From Candidatus Odinarchaeota archaeon (GTDB lineage: Archaea; Asgardarchaeota; Odinarchaeia; Odinarchaeales; Odinarchaeaceae), in assembly GCA_016839265.1 (NCBI GenBank), contig JAEOUO010000003.1, forward strand, positions 60,001 through 92,000: DNA of 32,000 nucleotides. The letters run 5' to 3'. The notes beneath the pieces were generated by a model. The model did not search any database. It was not told where the DNA came from and was given only the letters and a program-made list of their open reading frames with translations. Position numbers and translations under genes: made by a program. How positions within the stretch are numbered: position 1 is the first letter of the stretch; every line of letters starts with the position of its first letter. Positions 7,936 to 16,518 of this stretch are shown here, one piece after another.

Positions 7936-9201
7936 TTAATCCGCCTTAACCCTAATTTTTCCAGTAAGAAGCAAATCCATTAAACCATGTTTAATCTTTT
8001 CTAATCTCATTCTTTCATTTTTTTCGAGCTCAAGTTTTTTATCGAGGGTTGAGAGTATTTCAGCGATTCTACACTGCTCTGAAAAATGGGGTAGAGGAAC
8101 CTTGAGATTCTTTATTATTTCAGCCGTTAAATTTGCCTGCGTGGTCCGTTTTGCATACTTCTTCAAGTCTAAATAAGAAAACACGTAGTAAAAAAACTCT
8201 GTTTCTGCTTTTTCTTTCAAAATAATTCCCAAAATTGCTTGATTTGTTGTTACTTCAAGTGTATTTATTGCGACCGAACCTAAGCTTCCATATATTGCTA
8301 CTAACAATGAATTTTTTGGAACTAACCAAGCGGTAGAATTGTTTAATCCTTCCTTAGTTATGGTTGTAAGAGTGGAAGATAAATATTTTTTAGCATTAGT
8401 TATATCTTCTATTTTCACAAAAGGTATGTTACCATTATAATATTCTTTCTTGCTTGTAAGAGGCGTTCCCCCAGATTTCAATTTTTGACAAAGGTCTTGG
8501 AATCTGACAACTTCCCATTCTTTTGGTATTTTTCCAATCTCTGTATCTTTAAACTCTTTATGCCCTATTCCTTTTGTTAGGAGGTGTTGCATTAAGGCTT
8601 TCTTTAAACGCTCGGTTTTATCTATTATTTCACTGGTTTTTTGGATGGCTTGATCGATAGTTGAAAGAACTTCAGCAATTTGACACTGCTCTGTTAGTGA
8701 GGGAAGAGGAACACTTATTTTTTCAACGTCTTTTTGTTTAATATCTTGTTGTGTGCTTCCAGTAACCAATGAATCTTTTATTCTATTGAAAAAGTTGCTT
8801 AAAAAAATCTGTATTAAATATTTAGCCGCCACTTTTTCTTTACATTTTATTCCACAAAATCCAGTTGAGAAAATATATTTGTTTATGTCATCATTGTTTT
8901 CTTCTGTGAAGGCGAAAACTTTTATTGTATTCTTCATTTTTGCAAACCATACAGAATTAAGTACTGGTTGCATATTTGCTCTTGAAGGTCTTTTTGAAAA
9001 AGTTATTTCCCCTTCTGTACCGATTATTCTTATTCCATCCACACATTTTGTGGAAATATATAATTTTTTGCCATTAAACTCATTAATTCCACTTCCAATT
9101 ATTTCAAAATATTCACTATCTCCAAGTCTAACCACTACCCATTTTTTTGGTATTTTTCCAATCTCTGTGTGTTTGAAGTTTTTCTCTTTGTAGAATTTCA
9201 T
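7936..9201 (-). CDS. hsdS: Type I RM specificity subunit with two TRDs
   Basis: Twice-repeated TEIGKIPKxWxVVR and PLPxxxEQxxIAExLSTxD conserved regions flanking two variable TRDs; ATGA overlap with hsdM. Confidence 0.96.
   Translation of the reverse strand: MKFYKEKNFKHTEIGKIPKKWVVVRLGDSEYFEIIGSGINEFNGKKLYISTKCVDGIRIIGTEGEITFSKRPSRANMQPVLNSVWFAKMKNTIKVFAFTEENNDDINKYIFSTGFCGIKCKEKVAAKYLIQIFLSNFFNRIKDSLVTGSTQQDIKQKDVEKISVPLPSLTEQCQIAEVLSTIDQAIQKTSEIIDKTERLKKALMQHLLTKGIGHKEFKDTEIGKIPKEWEVVRFQDLCQKLKSGGTPLTSKKEYYNGNIPFVKIEDITNAKKYLSSTLTTITKEGLNNSTAWLVPKNSLLVAIYGSLGSVAINTLEVTTNQAILGIILKEKAETEFFYYVFSYLDLKKYAKRTTQANLTAEIIKNLKVPLPHFSEQCRIAEILSTLDKKLELEKNERMRLEKIKHGLMDLLLTGKIRVKAD
8514..9168 (+). repeat. 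31-bp direct repeat (1 mismatch) inside hsdS at 8514-8544 and 9138-9168
   Basis: CCCATT(C/T)TTTTGGTATTTTTCCAATCTCTGT occurs twice, encoding the TEIGKIPK(E/K)W conserved block. Confidence 0.9.
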
Positions 9202-10955
9202 GGTATGTCTCCTTGGGCTTTTATTATTTCATGTAGGTATTGTTCTAGTTTTTCGTTTAATGCTTGTTTTTCTTTTTCCAGTTGTTTAAGCGCCTGGAAC
9301 TCTGCGGCGATATTTATTTGCTCTGTTTCCTCTTCAGGCATGATGTATAATGTTATGTTAAGGTTGTAATCGTTTTGCTTAATTTCGTTTAAACTAATAA
9401 TTTTAGAGAAGTTTTTTTCTTCACTGAAATTCTTGTATGCGCCCGCTATTTTCTTAATGTTGTTGGGGCTGAGAGTGTTTAGTTTTCGAACCTCCGGGTT
9501 TTGCTCGAATTCTTTAGAGGCGTTGATGAATAGTATTTTATTTCTGCGTTCCAGTGGCTTATTTTTTCTAAAGATGAGTATAGCTCCAGGTGCGCCGGTG
9601 TTGTAGAATAGTTTTTCAGGTAGTAGTATAACGGATTCGATTAAATCTTCTTCTAGGATTGCGGTGCGAATAGATTTTTCTCTTCCACCTCGGAAAAGGC
9701 AGCCATTATCTAAGACTACTCCTATTCTACCAGTTTCTTCTTTAGCTGAGGCGATCATGTGTTGAATCCAAGCCCAGTCCGCGGATTGTCTCGGAGTGAA
9801 ACCATAGGTGTAGCGTTGCTTCCAGAACTCTGCTTTTTTTAATGTGTCTTCTCCGTAGCCGTCTTGATTCCAGGGAGGATTGGCTACAACTATATCGAAT
9901 TGTTGGAGAGTGTCTTTTTCCTTGAATTTAGGATATAGGAGTGTATCACCGTATTCTAGATGTGAGTCTCGTATGTCATGGATAAACATGTTCATTTTAG
10001 CTAGGGCGAGAATGGATTGATTTGATTCTTGACCATATAAGAAGAGTTTGCTAGCTTCTTCGCCGCCGTGTTTTTCTTCGACGTGTTTATAAGCGGTGAT
10101 AAGCATGCCGCCTGAGCCGCAGGCGGGGTCGTAGACGGTTTCTAAAGGTTTAGGGTCAAGGATTTCGATTAACAGTTTTATGACTTCTCGAGGAGTGTAG
10201 ATTTCTCCTTCTTTCGCTTTTGCAGGGGCGAAATAGCGTAGAATCCATTCATAGGCGTCGCCTAGAATATCAGCTGAAACATGGTTGAGTTTTTTCTCGC
10301 TGAATAATTCTACTAGTTGGCGTAGTATTTCCGTGTTTTCACGGCTGCTTGTGAACTGGATGAAGTCCACGCTGTCGAATATGATTTTAAGATCAGGGTT
10401 AAGGTCTGCTATAGTTTTTAAAGCTTTTGAAAGTCGTTCTGTTAATCCAGCTACGTCTCTGCGTATGTTCTCCCAATGGTATTCTTCAGGTAGATTAAAC
10501 CAGTGGAATTCGCTGCGCGCAGCTTCTTTACGCGCCTGTTCCTCGGTTAAACCGTCGGCTAAAGCTTTCCGATATGCTTCTTCGAATTCTACATCCCATT
10601 TATCGCTTATTCTTTTCAGAAATAATAATATTAGTATGAATTTATAGTCGACGCGGGTGCGGATTAGATCCGCGGCTTTTTTAAGCAGACTGTCGATTTC
10701 ACCTCTTCCAATATGTTGTTCAACGTTTTTAAGACGGTAGATTTTCTCGCGTGCATCGCGGCGATCTGCTTCAACGGTTAGTAATCCTTCTTTTCTTAGC
10801 TCAGATAGAAACGCGGGGATTTGCTCCCATTGATCTTTATTTTTATTCATTAAGACGCGGGCGGCGTCTGAGAAGCGGAAAGGGTTTTCATCGAATTCAC
10901 TGAATAGAATTTTATACCGGTTCATAATCCAGTTAGGTATATTAGAAGAATTCAT
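9198..10955 (-). CDS. hsdM: Type I RM N6-adenine methyltransferase with N-terminal winged-helix-like extension
   Basis: ILGDAYEWILRYFA, GEIYTPREV, YDPACGSGG (motif I), ANPPW (motif IV); about 80 extra N-terminal residues before the HsdM N-domain. Confidence 0.96.
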   Translation of the reverse strand: MNSSNIPNWIMNRYKILFSEFDENPFRFSDAARVLMNKNKDQWEQIPAFLSELRKEGLLTVEADRRDAREKIYRLKNVEQHIGRGEIDSLLKKAADLIRTRVDYKFILILLFLKRISDKWDVEFEEAYRKALADGLTEEQARKEAARSEFHWFNLPEEYHWENIRRDVAGLTERLSKALKTIADLNPDLKIIFDSVDFIQFTSSRENTEILRQLVELFSEKKLNHVSADILGDAYEWILRYFAPAKAKEGEIYTPREVIKLLIEILDPKPLETVYDPACGSGGMLITAYKHVEEKHGGEEASKLFLYGQESNQSILALAKMNMFIHDIRDSHLEYGDTLLYPKFKEKDTLQQFDIVVANPPWNQDGYGEDTLKKAEFWKQRYTYGFTPRQSADWAWIQHMIASAKEETGRIGVVLDNGCLFRGGREKSIRTAILEEDLIESVILLPEKLFYNTGAPGAILIFRKNKPLERRNKILFINASKEFEQNPEVRKLNTLSPNNIKKIAGAYKNFSEEKNFSKIISLNEIKQNDYNLNITLYIMPEEETEQINIAAEFQALKQLEKEKQALNEKLEQYLHEIIKAQGDIP

Positions 10956-11015
10956 AAATAACGATGTGAAAAAATAAACATATAAATCTATTCTTATTAC
11001 CTAAGCTGAATTATT

Positions 11016-11339
11016 TTAGCTTAGGTTTTCTTCTTCTCTTGGTTTTATTGTTATTGTTTTTCCTGTTGTTAGGGCTTCAGCGATTTTTTTATGTGCTTGT
11101 TCTAGGAGTCTCCAGATCGTGCCGCGGCTTATGTTCATTTTCAAGCCGGCTTCTTCTTGTGATAGGCCTTGGAGGTCTACTAGTTTTAGCGCTTCCAGTT
11201 CATCGTAGTATAGGGTTATTTCAGGTGTGAGTGGGGGGGTGGTGGTGCAGATGAATTTTTTCGGTTGGTGTTCTGCGTCTAGGCAGCGTGGTTTGCGGGG
11301 TCTTCCGCGGCATCGGGGTCCTCTCCAACGATAGCACAT
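11016..11339 (-). CDS. DUF134 (UPF0251) HTH DNA-binding protein
   Basis: RGRPRKPR...ITLYYDELEALKLVDLQGLSQEEAGLKMNISRGTIWRLLEQAHKKIAEAL signature. Confidence 0.92.
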   Translation of the reverse strand: MCYRWRGPRCRGRPRKPRCLDAEHQPKKFICTTTPPLTPEITLYYDELEALKLVDLQGLSQEEAGLKMNISRGTIWRLLEQAHKKIAEALTTGKTITIKPREEENLS

Positions 11340-11409
11340 TTTGTAAGCCTCGGTTGTGTTTATTTTAAATAATATGTGTTTAGGGAATATTAAGGCTTAG
11401 TTTAGCTGT

Positions 11410-11778
11410 TTAATGGCTGTGGCGTGAGTGATGGCACGGCTGGAGGCTGGTTTTCAATAAGCCTTTCAGATAGTTTTCTACGTTTTCTTTTAGTATCGGA
11501 CTTGTAGCTGAGAGAACTTTAATGTTATTTGCGGATAGGATTTGTATGGCTTTAGGTCCCATGCCGTATGTGATCACCGCGTCGGGTTTATATTGTAGTA
11601 TGTTCTCGGATGGTAATCCGTATCCGCCGAAGTGTTGGCTGGTGTTAGGTTTAACTTCGACAGTGTATTGGTTGTCTTCCTTAATGCTTACTACCGCCAT
11701 ATAAGGGGCTCTTCCGAAGTGCTCGCTTAAACGCGAGTTTTCACCTTTATCTTCTTCAACAGGTACTATTATTATCAT
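11410..11778 (-). CDS. NifB/NifX-family (MTH1175-like) protein with His-rich tail
   Basis: LSEHFGRAPYMAVV, DAVITYGMGPKA, C-terminal CHHSRHSH. Confidence 0.9.
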   Translation of the reverse strand: MIIIVPVEEDKGENSRLSEHFGRAPYMAVVSIKEDNQYTVEVKPNTSQHFGGYGLPSENILQYKPDAVITYGMGPKAIQILSANNIKVLSATSPILKENVENYLKGLLKTSLQPCHHSRHSH

Positions 11779-11813
11779 TCTATCACCTCAAGAATAAAAT
11801 TATTTTATGAGTT

Positions 11814-12263
11814 TTAATAATGTAGGCGCGGAGTGCCTCTCCTCCGGCTTATGATTCTTTTCGGAGGGGGTGGTGGTCCGGGAGGCATACTGGATCTATT
11901 GAATGTGGTTGGGGGTGTGAAGGGGATTAACTGGTTTTTAATATAGTCTTCTATGACTTCTTTCACTGTTTGACCGATCGGAGCCATATAGGGTTTAATG
12001 TTTAATCTTGTCAGTGCGTCGTATGCGTTAGGGGTTAGTTTACCGGTGACTACAGCTGTGCAGCCTTGATTAGCTATTGTTTGAGCTGCTAGTATAGCCG
12101 CTCCGCTTGATTGGTTTACAGCAGGGTTTTGTAAGATTGTAATATTATTTATTTTATCGTTTTCAACGTCAACTATTGTGAAGTAATCGCATCTACCGAA
12201 GCGATGGTCTACTAGTGAGTCTAAGCCTCCTGGAGCGATTGAGGATACTGCTATTTTAACCAT
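11814..12263 (-). CDS. NifB/NifX-family protein with Pro/Arg-rich tail
   Basis: KIAVSS...VDHRFGRCDYFTIVD, AVVTGKLTPNAYDAL. Confidence 0.9.
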   Translation of the reverse strand: MVKIAVSSIAPGGLDSLVDHRFGRCDYFTIVDVENDKINNITILQNPAVNQSSGAAILAAQTIANQGCTAVVTGKLTPNAYDALTRLNIKPYMAPIGQTVKEVIEDYIKNQLIPFTPPTTFNRSSMPPGPPPPPKRIISRRRGTPRLHY

Positions 12264-12589
12264 TACTGCCCGCCTTTCTCAGATAATTCAAGCCGATCTA
12301 TTTCTTTCTTCAAGTTTTCAAGCTGGGTTTTAAGCGCTTCATAGTTGGCTTTTAAAATTTGGAGTCTCTGCTGCGGGTCAATAGGGACGGTTAAGGGTGC
12401 TCTGGCTCTTGCTGTCATAGCTGTGATCGCGTTTGCTAGTTGACCTGTTTCAGCTAGGTATTGAGCGCATGAACCGGGGGCCCTGTATCCGCTTCCACTC
12501 CAACCTGGAGAGTAGCCGAATCTTATAAATCCGGGTAAACCGGTTAGATAATACATGTTTCTATATCTTCCTCTTCCATGCCACGCCAT
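12263..12589 (-). CDS. DUF5320-family protein
   Basis: GRGRYRNMYYLTGLPGFIRFGY N-terminus and C-terminal coiled coil (LKANYEALKTQLENLKKEIDRL); TAATG overlap with the NifX-family gene. Confidence 0.85.
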   Translation of the reverse strand: MAWHGRGRYRNMYYLTGLPGFIRFGYSPGWSGSGYRAPGSCAQYLAETGQLANAITAMTARARAPLTVPIDPQQRLQILKANYEALKTQLENLKKEIDRLELSEKGGQ

Positions 12590-12606
12590 TTTACATCACC
12601 TTATTT

Positions 12607-12647
12607 TTGTGTTTATGCACAAAAATCTATTATGTTCATATGCACAA
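12607..12647. promoter_or_regulatory. Tandem palindromic operator sites TTGTGTTTATGCACAA (12607-12622) and ATGTTCATATGCACAA (12632-12647)
   Basis: 12/14 and 13/14 matches to the palindrome TGTGCATATGCACA, just downstream of a minus-strand TTTAAATA box (12650-12657). Confidence 0.65.
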
Positions 12648-12684
12648 TAATATTTAAATCTATCGCTTAAGAAAAAGTAAACTC

Positions 12685-12924
12685 TTATTCAGGGCACTCC
12701 CCTTTAGAAGCCCGCACAATACAACCGTAAGGCAGAGAGCACAATAATTTAGACGTCTCCTTCGCGTAAATGAATCTACCCTTCTCATCCACGTATTTCA
12801 AAAATATACTTAAAGCCTTAGTTAAAAGAGGGCAAGCTCTATCTAAATCCCCTTTCTCATAGTATTTAAAACCCTTCTTAACGTATTTACGCGCTTCAAT
12901 TATCTCATCCGGGTCGGACATCAA
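12685..12924 (-). CDS. Small helical, single-TPR-like hypothetical protein
   Basis: EARKYVKKGFKYYEKGDLDRACPLLTKALSIF resembles one TPR unit; GAGGTG RBS upstream. Confidence 0.55.
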   Translation of the reverse strand: MMSDPDEIIEARKYVKKGFKYYEKGDLDRACPLLTKALSIFLKYVDEKGRFIYAKETSKLLCSLPYGCIVRASKGECPE

Positions 12925-13030
12925 CTAACACCTCTAATCAGTTTTATTTACACATCCTTCAGATACATATATTCACACCACCCCTATACGAGGGCTACCT
13001 AACCTCTACCATTCATTCTAGACGCTCAAG

Positions 13031-14017
13031 CTATTTTCTCACAGAGTAGAAAACATCTTGACCGACCTTCTTAGAGTCTAAAATATTATTCGCTAACAGA
13101 TGGTTTAAAGCTTCCATAGCAGCTCCCAGCGAGATATTCAAGTCGCTGGTAATATCTAATAATCTGCAAGGCCGCCTGGTAAGCAAGTCTAAGATAGTTT
13201 TCTCCACGTCAACGCTACTCTTCCACTCCACTTTTCGACCGCGCGCATCATGTTCACCGTAAACCCAAAGCTGTTCTTTACCTAGTTTACTTGTTAAATC
13301 CCCGGCTGCTTTCTTAAGCTCTTGTAGCTTAACAGGTTGCACGAAGCTTTCAGCTGAAGGCCGCCACGGCGTGTAAAGTTGAACGATATGCGGGTTGATC
13401 TCTAAGATACCGTTAATCAGGTTATCATAGTGGACGCCTTCAATATTCGAAAAACCTTGACTGGTTCTCAGAAGCATAGTCTCTAAGGCTACAACGCCTT
13501 TAGACTCCTTTTTAAGCTGTTTAATGTCCTCTTTTATCTCCTGTAAGCTTGGTAGACCTTTACAAGGCCTGTTAATAATCTTATAAGCTTTCTCATCTCC
13601 CGCATCGAATTTAGCGCTTACAAAGTCGAAGGTTAAAAGCGCTTGAAAAACATCTTCACGCGGAATCAAAGAGGAATTCGTTAAGATACCTAAAGGTTTC
13701 CCCTTGATAAGATCTCGTATATTATCAACGATTTCAAGTAGAGAAAGATTTAACGTTGGCTCACCTGTTCCCGAGATTGTGACGAAATCTATTGAGTCTA
13801 ATTCAATCTTATTCAAGTATTCTTCTAAAGCGGTTCTAATCTGTTTCGCGGCGGGGAGCTGGTTTTGAATATCCTCAGGTTTCGAAACATAAAACTCAGT
13901 TCTGCCTAGTTGACAGTAAATACAAGAGTAGCTGCATTTCTTCGGCAGCGTGGTCACGTCCACACCAAGTGAGCGCCCGAACCTCCAAGAGGGTACAGGC
14001 CCGTATATTAAACTCAA
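13031..14017 (-). CDS. Radical SAM Fe-S oxidoreductase (COG0731-like) with C-terminal winged helix
   Basis: IYGPVPSWRFGRSLGVD, CSYSCIYC, TISGTGEPTL, ILTNSSL; HTH-like tail. Confidence 0.9.
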   Translation of the reverse strand: MSLIYGPVPSWRFGRSLGVDVTTLPKKCSYSCIYCQLGRTEFYVSKPEDIQNQLPAAKQIRTALEEYLNKIELDSIDFVTISGTGEPTLNLSLLEIVDNIRDLIKGKPLGILTNSSLIPREDVFQALLTFDFVSAKFDAGDEKAYKIINRPCKGLPSLQEIKEDIKQLKKESKGVVALETMLLRTSQGFSNIEGVHYDNLINGILEINPHIVQLYTPWRPSAESFVQPVKLQELKKAAGDLTSKLGKEQLWVYGEHDARGRKVEWKSSVDVEKTILDLLTRRPCRLLDITSDLNISLGAAMEALNHLLANNILDSKKVGQDVFYSVRK

Positions 14018-14019
14018 CT

Positions 14020-14835
14020 TTAAGCCTTCACATCTATTATTTTAATTAATTCGTCAACCAGCCGATCATAAGCTTTTTCAACTTCACTATTGTTTCCAGC
14101 TAGAATTACAGGTTTACCTGTATCAGCTAGTTTAGAAGCTTCTAAATCTAACGGGATTTTCGCCAGTAAAACTGTTTTAAGATAGCTAGCTATTTTCTCC
14201 CCGGCGCCCTCTCCGAAAATATTATAGGTGGAACCGCATTTCGGGCATTTAAAACAGCTCATATTCTCTACAACCCCTAAAATAGGGATTTTCAGTATTT
14301 TAGCCATGTTACCAGCTTTATCCACGATGAACTCGGATAGTTGAGAGGGGTGAGTTACAAGTATTATTCCTTTAATAGACGGAATTAACTGCATGATGCT
14401 TAAAGGTTCATCCCCTGTTCCAGGCGGTAAATCAATAAACAAATAGTCTAAGCTACCCCAGTCAGCGTCTGATAGAAAACGCTTAATCATATTACCTTTC
14501 ATCGGCCCACGCCAGATCACCGGCATAGTCTTATCAGGGAGCATTAAATCAATGGACAAAACTTTAACACCCCGCACGCCGCTCGGTAAAATCAGCGAAT
14601 CGTTCGCACCGTATAAACCTTCAGTAACCCCCAGCATTTTAGCAATAGAAGGGCCGTGGAAATCCGCGTCGAAAACACCCACCTTAAAACCACGGCTTGC
14701 TAAGCCTACGGCGAGGTTAACTGTCACCGTGCTTTTACCAACACCACCCTTACCGCTCATCACAGCGATGACATTCTTAACAGAGCTTAAACGCTTAGCT
14801 AAATTTCCATCATCACGCCTACTATCTGAACTCAT
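14020..14835 (-). CDS. Mrp/NBP35-family P-loop ATPase (Fe-S cluster carrier)
   Basis: SGKGGVGKST, DADFHGPS, VIWRGP, DLPPGTGD, ENMS.FKCPKC. Confidence 0.95.
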   Translation of the reverse strand: MSSDSRRDDGNLAKRLSSVKNVIAVMSGKGGVGKSTVTVNLAVGLASRGFKVGVFDADFHGPSIAKMLGVTEGLYGANDSLILPSGVRGVKVLSIDLMLPDKTMPVIWRGPMKGNMIKRFLSDADWGSLDYLFIDLPPGTGDEPLSIMQLIPSIKGIILVTHPSQLSEFIVDKAGNMAKILKIPILGVVENMSCFKCPKCGSTYNIFGEGAGEKIASYLKTVLLAKIPLDLEASKLADTGKPVILAGNNSEVEKAYDRLVDELIKIIDVKA

Positions 14836-14890
14836 AAGAATAACCCCTTAGCGAACAGTTAAACAGTTATATTTTAAACATATAAATATT

Positions 14891-14906
14891 TTGTGTATAA
14901 GCACAA
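14891..14906. promoter_or_regulatory. Palindromic operator TTGTGTATAAGCACAA upstream of the Mrp gene
   Basis: 12/14 match to TGTGCATATGCACA with perfect TTGTG/CACAA arms, next to TATA-like elements. Confidence 0.6.
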
Positions 14907-14958
14907 AAATATAATATTCACTATTAGTATACAGTGTTAAATCAAAAAAATTGAAGAA

Positions 14959-15478
14959 TTATAAACTAATATTATTCAGTAAATCTATAATTTTTAGATA
15001 GCTTTCAATACTACACCGCCAGCCTGCACCGATCATTTCATAAACAGCTTTCACAGCTCTATCTTTTGGAATAATACTTTCAAGCACAGCACGAATTCAA
15101 ATATAAGGTGTTCCAGCGTAAGACATTTCATAAATCTTAGCAACATTACTCGCAAGCTCGTCGTCAATTATCGCTAAGCCTTCTAACTCTCTGGCAAGAG
15201 ATAAAACCTCAGCATCCGCTTTATGAAGCCCTCTTGTTTTCATCAATCTTCTGGTAAACTCATTATCTTCCGGTTCAATAATTTTAAATATTTTATTATT
15301 AAAGAGTTTTTCTAATATAATAGCGTCTGCAACACCTTTATTTTTCCCCTTATCCACTACTTCAATTTTAACTATTGGCGTTGTTATTTTTTCCTCACTT
15401 AGTTTTTCTAAAACATGACTTAAACCAGTTTTAACTAGGGTAAATTAAAGGTGTAGAGTTGAAGACAAGAGGTTTCAT
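14959..15478 (-). pseudogene. DUF3368/PIN-family toxin, disrupted
   Basis: ATG 15478 gives MKPLVFNSTPLIY; removing one base in the run at 15438-15440 restores LVKTGLSHVLEKL...VVDKGKNKGVADA...AIIDD; in-frame TGA 15097-15099 interrupts GTPYI*IRAVLESII...GWRCSIESYLKII, ending at TAA 14959. Confidence 0.85.
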
Positions 15479-15481
15479 TAA

Positions 15482-15793
15482 TTATTCCGCCGAAGCGTCT
15501 TTAAACTCTCTTTCAATATCAGTAGGGGTTAACTTAACCCATTCAATGTTATGTTGTTTCACAAGTTCAGCAAAATCCCATAGTGAAAGCTTAGCTATTT
15601 CAGCAGCAGCGGTAAAGGTTATCTTTCCAGCTCGGAGAAGCGCTAATGCATTCCGTTTACGCCATTCAGAGAGGCCTAGCTCGATAAGATTCCTAACAAT
15701 GGTTGCTCTATCCTGTTTAGTATCCTCAACTACTTGGAGAATTTCCTGTTCTAATTATTTCGGAATTCTAACAGTTAAAGGTTTAAGAGACAA
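15482..15793 (-). pseudogene. UPF0175-family (RHH + HTH) antitoxin with in-frame stop
   Basis: Hand translation: LSLKPLTVRIPK*LEQEI...DRATIVRNLIELGLSEWRKRNALALLRAGKITFTAAAEIAKLSLWDF; TAA at 15755-15757. Confidence 0.85.
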
Positions 15794-15929
15794 TTCATTC
15801 ACCGTATACAAATGATGCTAAACGAATACATAAATATTCGCTAAACATTATTTTTATATAATAGGCTGTGCATATTCAGATGAATATTTAATTTTATTTT
15901 TAATGAAATAATAAATATGGTAATGTTAT

Positions 15930-16466
15930 ATGGTTAACAGATTATTAGTTTGGGAGATTATCGGAATAATTTTCATAATAATTGTAGGAAGTTTTATGCA
16001 TTTTGCTTGCGAGCTTTCAGGCGGGTTTCCAGCTGTAGGTATATTCGCCGCGGTTAATGAGAGTGTTTACAAGCATTTGAAACTAGGGTTTTGGCCGGCG
16101 GTGTTTTTTATACCTTTAGAGTACAGTTTCGTGAAGGATAAGGCTAATAACTTTATGCTGGCTAAGATGGCTGCTGCTTTGATTATTCCCGCTTCAATTA
16201 TCGGAATATTCTATTTGTACTCTGCGATCTTAGGCGGGGACCTGTTTATTCTGGATATTGCGACGTTTATTATCGCAGTGGTTATCGGTCAGCTTGCAAG
16301 CTATAAGATTTTAACTGTTAGACCTGTTTCAAAAAGAATCGCTTGGATTTCAGTTATTGTGCTAGTGGTGTTTATGATTGTTTTTCCGTTGCTAACTTTC
16401 TATCCTCCGGAGATGTTCATCTTTCAGGACCCTGTTTCAGGCTTATACGGTATAAAGACCGTTTAA
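15930..16466 (+). CDS. DUF6512-family membrane protein
   Basis: GSFMHF...AAVNESVYKHLKLGFWP...TFYPPEMFIFQDP pattern; about 5 TM segments. Confidence 0.75.
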   Translation: MVNRLLVWEIIGIIFIIIVGSFMHFACELSGGFPAVGIFAAVNESVYKHLKLGFWPAVFFIPLEYSFVKDKANNFMLAKMAAALIIPASIIGIFYLYSAILGGDLFILDIATFIIAVVIGQLASYKILTVRPVSKRIAWISVIVLVVFMIVFPLLTFYPPEMFIFQDPVSGLYGIKTV

Positions 16467-16518
16467 TATTCTGAAAAAAATAAAAATTAATAATAAAAAA
16501 AGAAAGATAGTTTAAGAC

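Noticed and set aside
12925-13030. Two CTGA boxes on the minus strand suggesting a C/D box sRNA
   Set aside because: No convincing RTGATGA C box and the would-be guides are low-complexity A/T
7682-15757. Several in-frame stops (7682 TAA, 15097 TGA, 15755 TAA) suggesting stop-codon recoding
   Set aside because: TAA, TGA and TAG all end well-conserved genes in this window, and the TA locus also has a frameshift; pseudogenisation or sequence error is simpler
15459-15815. 118-aa plus-strand ORF from the track
   Set aside because: Antisense shadow of the UPF0175 antitoxin pseudogene
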